From the NCBI GenBank assembly GCA_010909165.1, contig VJWM01000240.1, positions 124,001 through 188,000 on the forward strand: DNA of 64,000 bases, given 5' to 3'. A program made the translations under genes and the position numbers. Of this stretch, positions 10,444 through 22,100 are shown in pieces. Under the pieces are notes generated by a model. The model was not told the DNA's origin. It searched no databases and was given only the letters and a program-made list of their open reading frames with translations. Source of the stretch: Anthoceros angustus (Eukaryota > Plantae > Anthocerotophyta). Numbering within the stretch: position 1 is the stretch's first letter; the number at the start of each line of letters is the position of its first letter.

Positions 10444-11904
10444 TCACCCATGGGACCTCTCACTAGCTTGGGAGCGCTTCTGTCGTACCCACCGCAGAGC
10501 ATTCTGCAATCCCGTCTCCAACATAGACCACATCAGGTCGTCCACCGATTTCAGCTTGCACAGAGGACCGCACACTTGACGTTCTAATTGAGCATCCATG
10601 GGGCCCGTGAGGGCCTGGGCGGCCCCGCCAACAACCCTCCTACCGCCATCCTGCCCATGAGAAGTGGATCCGCAATGCCCATCATTTCTGTTATCGAAGT
10701 GAAGGCAACGAGGGTCAGAGTTCTTGAACCTCTCAGTTCTCCGCTTCCTGGACCTCCTGGGTGCCAGAGGCTCAGCATCTTCCTCCTCCTCCTCTTCCTC
10801 AAACCTGTCTGCTTCCAAATCCCGTACGTTCACGATCCTCCTCTTGCACCTCTTGGGCGAGGGCGTCTGAGGCTCAGCATCTCGAGGCTCTTCCTCCTCC
10901 TCCTCCTCCTCCTCAGACACAGTCTCATCATCCGACTCACTCTCGTGGTAATTGGGTGTGTTCACGTTCCGCCTCCTCAACCTTCTGGACTCAGGATCTC
11001 TCCGTTTCCCGTCCTCCTTCTGCCTCTCTTCCCCAAGCACTTCCACATCCTCCTCCTCCCTCTCTCTCTTCTTCCCCTTCTGAGGCTGGCTTCCATCACC
11101 TCCCCCGCCTGCACGTTCCTGGCAAGCCTCCTCCACCCCAACAGCTCCGACCCCAGCACCAGCACCAGCACCCGCACCTGGTCCCTTCTCTTCATGAAAT
11201 TTGGACAACGCTGGCAAGGCAGCATCGATGTAGCTGATGAGCACAGCCCGGAACAGTTCGCTTCCAACTCCACGCTTGTTCCGCAAGTTGGCCTTTATGC
11301 TATCCGTCTTCAACTCCGCCCAGTTGTATTTCACCTTATGCTTGTGCTCCCTCATCAAGCAGAAAGCGTCTCTTGTGCTGACGCCGCGTTGCCTACAATC
11401 CAGAAACAATTCGTGCTGCCGTTTGAGGATGTGTTCAACCAGCGAAGCAGGCTTCATGCTGCTGAGCAGAAAGCCTCCATGCAAAACCCGGCACTGTGAA
11501 CGCGAGTCGACATACTGATAGATTTCATCCTTATCAGCACCGAAAATCCGTGGTGGGACTGCGAGCCCCTGAGAATCCATCCCCAGAACCGTCCCCAGCA
11601 CTTCCGGATCCAGAGAAAGCACAAATTTCCCGTTCACCTCCACATAGCTTCTGGAGCTCCACCCTCTGCCCTCCCCGGATCCGGAGGCTCTGGCATTGCC
11701 ATCCCCTTCGTGAAACCCGGTGATGGTGAACCTGCGGCTGAGTCTGATCTTGCATGACTTGTGCCCTGCTTCTTCATCCTCGGTCGCAGATGTGAAGCAA
11801 CCCAGGTCGAGGAGGAAGTTTCTGTCATCCTTCCAGCCTGCCCTCTGTTCTTGCTCCTTTCCTGTGGTGCCCTTCGCTGCCCCTGATGCATTTGTCTGCT
11901 CCAT
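10444..11904 (-). CDS. tandem family copy 4 (intact; acidic/basic tail)
   Basis: Motifs LGCFTS, FTITGFHEG, VNGKFVLSLDPEVLGTVLG, KYNWAE, YIDAALP; poly-Glu and KR-rich tail; ATG 11904 follows an acceptor at ~11933. Confidence 0.8.
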   Translation of the reverse strand: MEQTNASGAAKGTTGKEQEQRAGWKDDRNFLLDLGCFTSATEDEEAGHKSCKIRLSRRFTITGFHEGDGNARASGSGEGRGWSSRSYVEVNGKFVLSLDPEVLGTVLGMDSQGLAVPPRIFGADKDEIYQYVDSRSQCRVLHGGFLLSSMKPASLVEHILKRQHELFLDCRQRGVSTRDAFCLMREHKHKVKYNWAELKTDSIKANLRNKRGVGSELFRAVLISYIDAALPALSKFHEEKGPGAGAGAGAGVGAVGVEEACQERAGGGGDGSQPQKGKKREREEEDVEVLGEERQKEDGKRRDPESRRLRRRNVNTPNYHESESDDETVSEEEEEEEEEPRDAEPQTPSPKRCKRRIVNVRDLEADRFEEEEEEEDAEPLAPRRSRKRRTERFKNSDPRCLHFDNRNDGHCGSTSHGQDGGRRVVGGAAQALTGPMDAQLERQVCGPLCKLKSVDDLMWSMLETGLQNALRWVRQKRSQASERSHG

Positions 11905-12029
11905 TGATTCCAAGCAGGAACTCTCGCACCAACTGTGAAAAAGATGGTTTGGCAATCCACGCAGCATGCAAGCCGGATCGCGTTGCCAAAGCTTCTTGTC
12001 GGCTCAGTTAACTGGAATGGACTGCAGTA

Positions 12030-12178
12030 TCTGCGACAGTTGGGTTGGTTTTGTTAAGCTTCCCTTGGTGGGCGTATCACTTGCATGCGATTTGCGACAG
12101 GTGGGTTTGTTTTGTTGGGTTGGTTTTGTTAACCCCCCTTGGTGGGCAGATCACTCGCATGCGATCTGCGACAGTTCC
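12030..12178. repeat. short tandem duplication upstream of copy 4
   Basis: tgcgacag...gttgggttggttttgttaa...ccttggtgggc..atcact.gcatgcgat repeated. Confidence 0.8.
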
Positions 12179-13306
12179 CACGGTTTGGGCTTGAGCTGTC
12201 TTTTGGCTCTTCACAATTCTGCTCTAACTCTGATGGGTCCGAGGATTTGGCGGCCTGGAGGTCGCGTCTTCTTCTCATTACTGCTGACCATCATCTGTAA
12301 CGGAGCTGTACAAACGTATGCAGGCACTGCCATGACTAGACGTCACTGCGTCGAGTGTACATATGTACACTTGTATTACATAACAGGTCTGTACCAACGC
12401 GTGCCAAGAGACGTGAGCTGAGCATGACTGCGTCGAGCGTGTGTAACGGGTCCTTAGATTCCTCGCCAACGCTCGAATGGCTTCAAATACTGTACTGTAT
12501 ATGCACTGAGCGAGGGAGCCATGGTGGCACGCTGGTACACATGCTCCACTGGACAGGCTGCATTCAGCATGGCTTGCCGTCTGGTCAACAGGCCCGTGTC
12601 TGGAGTACTGGACACTTTCGGAGCGTGAATTCGGACGAGGGACTCGAATGGCATTGATCACTTGCAGATCCTGTTTGTGGGCGGCAGAGGAGCCAGCTGT
12701 TCGGTGGCAGGGTTAGCAGAGAGTATGTTCCTCTCTGTGCACAGTGTCCAGAGGCTGATGTTAATTGTCTGTCCCTTTCATATCCCTCTTTGTAACGTAT
12801 GATCTCATTACCCATGCATTGGGCAGGACCTCTTCGTGGTCTGGTCCAGCAGAAGTACCAGGCTCACCAGCCATTGCAGAAGCTACGAAAGCTCAGACAA
12901 GGTTATTGAAGTGAAGAACTGAGTGGACATGCTCCAGCTTTGGCATATGTATGCAAGACTGTAAAAGTATGGGATGTTTACTTCGAACGAACCAGCAGGA
13001 CTTCGTGAAAGATGGGTGGCAGGTGGATGCCTAAGCTACTCTCCCGAGCAATTGATGTCCTAGGTTACACTAATGTTCTACGTACCGTGATTCCAACTAA
13101 GCACTAGAGAGCGGGGTAGAACTTGTTTCAAGATGTTGCTTATCTAAGCAAGCTTGCTGCTCTTGTCAGGCTCCTAGGCCCTTCACCCATGATGTGTGCA
13201 TACACTGGCTGCTTCCAGAAATGCTAGCTAACATGATAAGGATAACCATCTGCCTAGGTAGTGTCCTCGCTGAGCACTTCACACGAAAATACGCTGACAG
13301 CGCATC

Positions 13307-14551
13307 TTAGGTAGAGATCATTCCCTTCGCAATGCGCATCCTCTTTCCCTGGACCCATCTCAGACAGCCCTCCAATCCTTTGTCAGCAACGCCCAGTGCT
13401 TTCTCAGCAATGCCCAGTGCTTTCTCAGCCATGCCCAATGTTTTGAGCCAAGACGTGCCTTGCGGAAACTCATACTTGAGTCCATCTGGGTTCACTCTAG
13501 GCCTCTTCGACGTGCTCAATATCTGGCCTCCTTCCATGCGAGGTGTCTTCGATCCTAAAGGCTTGTAGTGATCCCTTGCTGTGTGCATTCGAATTGGACT
13601 GTGAAGCATCGACAGAGCCAGTTGAGCAGCGGTGATGCATTTGCCCAATGCTTTCAGCCAAGAGTTGCTCACACACTCACACATTAGTCCATCTGACTTC
13701 ACTCTAGGCCTTTTCGACAGTGTGCTCGATGACTGGCCTCCTTCGATGCGTCTCTTTGATCCTGATGGCTTGTAGCGATCCCTTGCCGTGCGCATTCGAA
13801 ATCTTCTACTCTGAAGCCGCGACAGAGCCGGTTGAGCAGCGGTGATGTATTTGAGAAGCAAGTCTTCGATGAGTGGGCCTAATGTTTTGCTTCGTCTCGT
13901 CAACACCTTCTGGATAAAATCAACTTTGTACGCCACCCAGTTGTAGATTTCTCCATCGAACCACTCTCGCTTGAAAACGTAAGCATGTGCTACAGGTATA
14001 CCTCTTTTGCGCCTCTTGGCATCTCTTCCTGTCGCACAAAGCTCATCCCTCCTTAACATAACGTACCCCTTGAAGGCATCCGGCTTGAGGCTCTCCACAG
14101 GGATCCCGGCGCTCACCCACCAGCTCTGGTGAGGATCATAGGACTTAGAACAAGTAACCTGACGTAAGAGCTCTTTCTTGTTCTCTATGCTTAGCGACTT
14201 TGGGATGGGGATCCCTCCATACTCCATCCCCAGAAGCTCTCCGAATGGTTCGAGATCCAGCGACAGATTGAATTTCCCATCGATTTCGATCAAGCTCTGC
14301 AAATCTTCTGTGCCTTCCTGGAAGCCAGTAATGGTGAACCCACCAACTTCATACCTGCAAGGCACCATGCCTACAGTGGCTGTGCTTCTGCCGTCCTCGG
14401 TGTTGAAGCAACCCAACTTTAGCAGAGTATCCTGACTTATGATCCTCCCAGAGTATGCCGGTTCGCTCCGCCGTCCAGACTCCTTCCGCAGGAGCTTCTC
14501 GACCTCCGATTTCCTGTGTGGTCTCGGGTCCATGGATTCCTGCTTGCGCAT
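13307..14551 (-). CDS. tandem family copy 5 (internal ~70-aa duplication)
   Basis: Motifs LGCFNTE, FTITGFQEG, IDGKFNLSLDLEPFGELLG, IYNWV, YITAAQP; acceptor at ~14580. Confidence 0.8.
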   Translation of the reverse strand: MRKQESMDPRPHRKSEVEKLLRKESGRRSEPAYSGRIISQDTLLKLGCFNTEDGRSTATVGMVPCRYEVGGFTITGFQEGTEDLQSLIEIDGKFNLSLDLEPFGELLGMEYGGIPIPKSLSIENKKELLRQVTCSKSYDPHQSWWVSAGIPVESLKPDAFKGYVMLRRDELCATGRDAKRRKRGIPVAHAYVFKREWFDGEIYNWVAYKVDFIQKVLTRRSKTLGPLIEDLLLKYITAAQPALSRLQSRRFRMRTARDRYKPSGSKRRIEGGQSSSTLSKRPRVKSDGLMCECVSNSWLKALGKCITAAQLALSMLHSPIRMHTARDHYKPLGSKTPRMEGGQILSTSKRPRVNPDGLKYEFPQGTSWLKTLGMAEKALGIAEKALGVADKGLEGCLRWVQGKRMRIAKGMIST

Positions 14552-16239
14552 CGATACCACTACTTGCTCACTGCAACCCTGAAAAACAGCTACAGCAGGT
14601 GCACAAGCTCCATCAGACTGGGCTTAAGGATAAATCCTTACACGTTCCTTTTCTACAATGCTAATGCAGATTGCAGACCCACCGACAGAATCTCACAACC
14701 ATAAAATCGCACAGGACATCTGTCTGGAGACTAGTCCTGCAGAGCAAGGAAATTAAACGCCTGTGTGTTGCAACGCTTGTAATTGAATGCAGTGATGGAT
14801 GACTGACGTTACTCTCACGTACGTACCCCGATTCGCATGTGTTGTAAACCTGTTGTGCGGTCGTGAATGTGCATTATACTGGTCGGCGACCGACCCAGCA
14901 GTGTAATTGTTTCAGCAGGGGAGGCAGAGTACAAGCCGTCAACATCTTGACTAGGTTCCTTCCTACAGTACCTTGACCATTTCTCATTCCTCAGCAAGGG
15001 CCCGTCTCTTCCTCTCCGACCTGTGATCTCTCTGATCGATCGCGACTCTGGGCAAGTATGCATATGTAATTGCAGATTAACAATACAGGAATTCAGACGG
15101 GAAACCTTAGCTTGCTGGAACCTTTAGGCCCAAAGCCTTGGCACGTTTAGAAGTGTAAGCCCTGCTCGTTCGGTTATTCTGCCCAGGGAAACTCTCTCCC
15201 TCAAGGCTTTGTGACTTTTCGGGGTTCTGTGAGTCTCAGACCAGATCTCACCCGGCGCCTCCTTGTCAGCCTTGGTTCTTCGGACTCTGTCTTAACACTT
15301 TTTCTTTTCTCCTGCTGCACATGATGCGAATCCTGGTGACAAGGGATATTCAGCAATCACCCATGAGCAACAAGGTACCGTAACCAGAAACTTTTGCACA
15401 CATGGACTGCAAGTTTGCTCTTTCTAACAGTAGTGAAAAACAGCGAGTTTCTGCAGAACTTGTCATATCAAATTGTCTGCAATAACCAACCCCCTGGAGG
15501 TGTGAAGGGCTTCAACCTCTTACAAAACTATGAGAGGCCTCCCAGCCATGTCGTGGTACATCAGGTGGAAGCTGTTCCCGAGGAGAAAGCTGCAATATTC
15601 TGGAAGGAACACACATGTTAGCAAAGCTTGAAGTTTCTCGTCTTGAATTTTCAATGCTCCTAAAAACTTCTGTCGAACAACGAATTCAAGACGACATACA
15701 CAAAGTAGTGCGTTCTCAGTACATGATACGTGCGCCCTGGGAATGAAGGTGGTGCTCAGCAAATGGGACTCACTGTTGTAATCGAGGGAGACACAGGGAA
15801 GCTGCCTCAATTGCTTTGCCATGGAGCATCAAAAGTACAGCGTGGAACCTGTAGACGTTTTCAAAGGCTCAGCGTGTACTAGTTCTGAGAGTGCAAGGTC
15901 AGTTAATTAGGTGAGAGTTTCTGGCGCATGGGCTCAACTTCTACTCAAGCACGCATCTATCCGTGCACTGCTCATGACCTGAGATTCTCTCTGTAGTCGG
16001 CCAGAGTTGGGCGGAGATGGTGGCAATTGACAGAAAACGGCCAACTATGTATGCTATGCACTCGAAACCGCACAGCTGCAGCCTGCCATGACTCAGGACT
16101 ATCCATTCTGGGGGACAACAAAGAGACTTAATTTGATGGGTCGGATCCTGGTGTGACTGAACGGGCTTGTCCTCCACTAGCAAACTGCAGCTACTTAGCT
16201 CCCTATCAATACTGCACGTATCGATTAACATCTCGAGCT

Positions 16240-17361
16240 TCAGCTCAGTAATCGCATCAGAGAATCCTTCACTCTCTTCTTGACGGTTCTCCATGCTTTG
16301 ACATACATGCCCTCCGGGTCCCCAACACCACATAAATCAACATCCCGGCCGAGTCTGCCCCTGGCAGAGTCTTGCCCAGGGGCAGACTCTTGCCTGCTGT
16401 CATGAAAGATCTCCTTTAGTGCAGGCTCAGAGATGAGCAAGGAAGCCTCATGATCAGACTCGGCTTCAGCAAACTCCTGGACCAGTTTTAGCCTCTTCGA
16501 CCTCCTCAGCAACTGAAGTTAGACGTCTCCCTGTTCCTCCGTTTGCCTCTTACCCTGCTTAGACTCGTAATTGGTTCTTTGCCTTCTTTGATGATCACGT
16601 CCTTCAGACACCTTCTCCAATCCCCTCGCAGATTTGGGCACCGCGAGCATTGGCAAAGCAGCATCGAAGAAGATTGTCAGCAAAGACCTGGCTCGAACGT
16701 TCAGCTGCCGATGTTTCCGTAACGTGGCTCGAATGGCACCCACAGCGCTCTCTCCCCAACCATACTTTTCACGGTAGAGAAACTCCCTGTTCATGCAGTA
16801 GACGTACCTTTGGGCAAGACCTCTAGTTCTGTCGTCACCGCGAGATGTATCAACAAAAACCTCCCTGGATCGTTTACGGATGTATTTTTGGAGATCAGGC
16901 TCCAAGCTCTTCAAATTCACGCCTCCCCGGCTCGTCAAACATTCAAGTGCTGGGCGTTCCCCAGTTGAAATAGAGTTCAACATTTCTCGCTTCTGGCACA
17001 TGCTCAGCATTTGTGGCACTCGAAGCCCATCAAAGTCTATGCTGATGAGTGTCCCCACGACCCCTGGCTCGAGAGAAACCAGGAACCTGCCATTCACCTC
17101 TATTTTGAAATTGTAGTCACGATCCTGATCCTGGTACCCGGTTATGGTGTACCTATCGCTCACAAAGGTGCAGCATTTTGAGAGAGCTGCTGGTTCGGTG
17201 ACGCAGCCCAAGAAAGCTCTGTTCTTCCAGGCTTGGTTACGCCCCCGCCTTCTACCAAAACAGAGTTTATCGGGTGGCATCTTTGATGAATTAGGTTGTG
17301 CAACTTGTTCCGGACGTGAGGTCTCTATACTTTCGGCGCTCTCACTGTACTCCTGCTTCAC
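16240..17361 (-). pseudogene. tandem family copy 6, in-frame TAA at 16519-16521
   Basis: Motifs LGCVTE, YTITGYQD, VNGRFLVSLEPGVVG, KYGWGE, FFDAALP. The same frame continues past the stop into LQLLRRSKRL, as in copies 2 and 3. First in-frame ATG is at 17280. Confidence 0.7.
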
Positions 17362-18129
17362 AGGACCGCCAGCCTGAGCACAAGTAGTGTGAACTGTGAA
17401 GCCAGCAGTTGATACACAACAAGAACAACTGCACGATGCACATTCATGGCTACAAATGCTTCTATTCTAGTGGGTAACAAGGCAGCAAATTCCGCTGTGG
17501 AAAGGAAGAAGTACACACCCTCATTTTGCAGAGATTGACGATGTATCTATGCAGACAGTAGATTGCAGGGTGCTGCAGCTTCAATCCTAAGCCTGCTTCA
17601 CGCTGGGAAGCCCGCAAAGCATGCTTTCAGCTTGTCCTCCAAATACAGAAATAGGCACAGCTCCAACCAAGCTTGAGTTCTCGGACACAAGTGAGCTGCA
17701 AAGAAGTCTGCCAGGAGTTCTGTCACACTGTCGCAGTGAGACAGACTTGACACTCGAAAGGTACCCAAGATTCGGACGTGCAATGAGACCTACAGGGCGC
17801 ACACTTTGCTCAAGCTGGCTAGCAGGCGTTGCATACAGTATGTACAGTATTACAGGTCTACAATGCTGGCTGACTCGTCTGCCAATGGCCGAGTACTTGA
17901 TTGATTTTGTTCCTGCAGAGGGGACAGCAGTGAAGAATCAGCAGGCGGGAGCCTGGTTGTGTTTGACTCTCCAAACCACGTTGACCATTCTCTCGGCTGT
18001 TGCTCATTCCTCCAGAAGGCATTGTAGATCTTCCTTTTCACGGGTTGGGACGAGTGAATGTAGCACATCAAAAGGGCACCCGGACATTGCCACAATCCCT
18101 CTTAGAGGCCAGAATTGTGCGCAGCAAGT

Positions 18130-18268
18130 GTGGAACGCAAAAGTTTGGGGCTTTCTAAATTTTTGGTGAGGTTTGGTCCCGCAACCAGCTTTGATTCGCT
18201 GGGAATCAAAACAAAGACAGACCAAACCCTACCAAAAATGTAGGGAGCCCCAAACTTCTGCGTTCAAC
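18130..18268 (+). other. long imperfect hairpin (pre-miRNA-like or MITE)
   Basis: 49-nt arms 18130-18178 and 18220-18268 pair with 4 mismatches and 3 G:U pairs; an inner 8-bp stem tttgattc/gaatcaaa sits in the loop. Confidence 0.7.
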
Positions 18269-19170
18269 AAGGCATCTCCTCCCCACAAGAGACACTATCA
18301 GGAGCTAGTTTCCTAGAAACGTGATACCGAATCGGAAACCCTTCAGACTGCATTCCAAGAATCTCCCTGACTTCTTTGAGCGCAGGCGAAAAAACATACA
18401 AGGGATCCGGTTGTGATGTCCTCACCTACTGGATACTTGCACTGCACCATATCTTTTGCAACTACTCCTCTGTCATCCTGGTTCAAACACGGCAATCTGA
18501 GCAGAAATGATTAAGACACCTTCCACAGACTGCGTGGTCCGTGATTCTCTACAGTCTTGGCACTGACTTGACTGTTTTCGGCCTGCAGATACATCAGACA
18601 TCGATTGATACAAGGGGTGAGAACCACAATCAACTGTTAAAGACCTGAGTCACACAACCTGCAAGCCTTTCGCAGGACAAAGGGGCAGCAGCTTCGGATG
18701 TGAAAGCATTGAGCAGACACCAAGAAAATTCACAACCAAGAGCGGAAGGCATACCATGTATTGGATCCAGTGGGTAAAACAGTCTTCGACTTCGTACGAC
18801 AAAATCATGCAGACATAAACAGCTTTCATCAGCACATGGGGCAGAATTCGTCCCAAGCATGGGATGCTGACAGACAAATGCTCAAACACTCAGATCGTTG
18901 ACAAAGCAAACACAGGCAGAAATCCTCACCATGAAACTGACTCGTGGCTGCCGATTTATCCGCTGTGCAGGAGAGAATCCTGTCACCATTCCTGGGATCT
19001 TTCTGGGTCATTGGATAGTCAAAGAGATAAGACCCACAAAGTCGCATCTCCTCACCCACATCAATTCGGATGAGTAAGAAAAGCTGACCAGCTGTTCCAG
19101 CAAACGAGGGCCGAGGCAGCTCATGCAATCAGCAGAGAAGGTACCATTGGTGTCTGTGACTGTGCCGACA

Positions 19171-22100
19171 TCACTTGGCCCACTTCTCGGTTACAGACAA
19201 TGCCTCTGCTTCCTCAGGTATGTTGCCGTGAGCGGAATCCGAAATTGAAGCATATCCTGCCTCCTTCAGCTCCAATCTCAGTGCTTCCAGCAATCCAGTC
19301 AGCCTTACTTCGTCCTGCCTCTGGCCTCTCACCAGAAACGTGTGCAACTGCTGCTCATGCTTGATCCAACTCTGGCCAGGCTTCTTCCAGGCACCTGCTC
19401 TCTGTCGCAACTCATGAACTTCCCTTGCTTGGTCCCACATGCCAGCGTTCTGATATATGTTGGCCATCAGCACATAGGGTGCAGCTTGTTCTGTCTCAAT
19501 ACTCATAGCACAGTCAAAGGCACGCCTTGCCAGCACAACGTTGCCATGCTTCTGGCAGGCACCCAGCAAGCACAACCAGACAGGCAATGTAGGCTGCATC
19601 GGCATGCTGGAGAGCAAATCCTCTGCCTTTCTGAAGAGTCCTGCTCGGGCAACAAGATCTATGACACAAACATAATGTTCCACTTCTGCAGAGATTTTAT
19701 GATCTCTGCTCATGGCTTCGAAGTACTCAAGCCCCTCGTTCATCATGCCAGCATTGCTGCATGCAGAGAGGAGTGCCATGAAGGTAATTTTATCTGGTGT
19801 CACACCTGCTAGGCACATGTCCTTGAAACACTGCATACTCCTCCTACAATCACCGTGGCGGGCATACCCAGAGAGTAGTGCAGTCCATGACACCACATCA
19901 GGCTGATGGAGAGAGTCGAACACGTTTTGAGCGTCCACCATACTCCCACATTTGCCGTAGGCATGAACAAGTGTGTTAGCGACAAAAAGGCTATTGTTAA
20001 ATTCACTCCGAGCAACTTCTTGGTGGATATGGATGCATACATCCAAGGCTCCCGTGCAGCTGCATGCTTCCAGCATGACAACAAATGTAGTCTCATCTGC
20101 TTTTACACCTTCTGAACACATTTGTGCATACATTTCCCATACCCTGTCTCCTTGGCCATGTTGAGAATAAGCTGTGATCATAGCATTCCATGATGCTATC
20201 TCTCGCGTGGACAATTCATCAAACACACGCTGTGCATCGTTAAGACTACCACATCTTGCATAGATAGTAACCAGGCAGTTACAAACTAGCATGTCTGATC
20301 CATAACCCAGCTGAACAGTCGTCGCATGTATGTCTTTCGCTTTGTGAAGAGTTTCTGCCTTGATGAACGGTGCATCTTGCAAACTGCCCTCTTCATTCTC
20401 AGCAAGGCTTCCACATGCTTGGAGAATACTGATAAGGGTCCATACATTTGGATCGATTCCTTCCGCCTGCATTTCATAGTACAAATGCAGTGCCTCCTCT
20501 GCTTGGCCCTGCTGCACATGGGCTGCAAGCATGGCAGTCCATGAGACCACATCTCGGTGAGATAACGTGTGGAACACATCTCTTGCATCCCCAAAGCTGC
20601 CACTCTTAGCATACATGCTAACAAGAGAACTGCTCACAAACGCATCTGTTTCAAAACCTCTACTAACAGCTTCTGCATGTATTTCTTTGACCCTGTGCAA
20701 CAACTTCACTTTCTTTTGCTGCCCATGCACAAGCGCAGTCTCTTCCCTGGCAAGGGTGCTCTCACATGCCTGGAGAGCGCCAACAAATGTCCGAGAAGTT
20801 GGCTTGACTCCTTCCCCTTGCATTTGCTCGTAAAACTGCAGAGCTTTTTCGCCCTGCCCCTCATGAGCATAAGCAGCAAGCATGGCATTCCACGAGACGA
20901 CATCACGAGCAGACAGGCTGTCAAAAACCAAATGAGCATCTCTCATGCTACCACACTTTGCATACATACTGACCAACGTGTTACCAACAAACACATCTGA
21001 GCAGAAGCGTCTTACAACAGCCTCAGCATGTATCTCTTTCCCTTTCTGAAGAGAGTTCAATTTCACATTCTGTCCTTCAATTACTGCAGCATCCTCTTCT
21101 CCTGCAAGGATGCCGCACATTTGAAGAGCACTAACCACGGTCCGAGCATTTGGACAGATGCCTTCTGATTGCATACGAGCATACATCTGCAAGCCCTGTT
21201 CTGCTTCATTTTGCTGAGCACATGCTGCAAGCATTGCATTCCATGACACTACACTGCGATGAGGTAGCTGATTAAATACCTGCTGAGCATCCAAGAGGCT
21301 CCCACACTTGGCATACATGCTCACCAAAATGCTGCCAACAAACACATCCGCATCAAAGCCCCCACCAGCAACTTGTGCATGTATTTCCTTCCCTTTCTGC
21401 AGGTATTGTAATCTAAGAACCTGCCCGTTAACAATGCTACTTGTTTCCTTCTCCGCACAAATAACACAAGCACGGAGAGCGCTAACAAAGGTCCGAGCAT
21501 TTGGGCTGACATTCTCCAACTGCATTTTGGCATAAACTTGCAAGGCACTTTCTCCTTCATTTTGCTGAACATAAGCAGCAAGCATTGCATTCCACGAGAC
21601 AACATTCCGGTTCCACACACGGTCAAACACCCCTTGGGCATCCACAACACTTCCACACTTTGCATACATGCTGACCAAACTGGTCCCAACAAAAGTATCC
21701 AATTCCAGCCCACATTCCCGAGCATGAGCATGAATCCATCGGCCCTTTTCCAGGTCTTCCACCAAGCTGCAAGCTTTCAGCAAGGAGACAAAAGTGAACC
21801 TATCAGGCTCCACACCTTCCTCCTGCATTTGCTCATAGCACGACAGAGCCTCCCGACACCTTCCCGCCTTGACATACCCTGAAATAATGGCTGTCCAAGA
21901 GAAAACTGTCCGGGTCGATAGCTTCTGAAACACATTCAGCCCCTCCTCAATGCTCCCACAATTCACCAGGGTGGTAACAACAAGCTCACTCAAGCTTCTG
22001 TTCCACTCCAACCCATGATTTGCCAAATGGGCCTGCACCTTCATAGCCTCGGGAAGGGCTCTCTGCTTCATGCACGCATGCAACAGGTTCCTGTACATGC

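Noticed and set aside
10588-11499. 303-aa plus-strand ORF, and similar antisense ORFs at 8872-9648 and 39329-39967
   Set aside because: Shadow ORFs opposite genuine coding sequence.
16513-16553. GTAAG...CTAAC.TTCAG mini-intron that could remove the copy-6 stop
   Set aside because: Only 41 nt, it would shift the frame, and the segment is homologous to coding sequence in paralogues.
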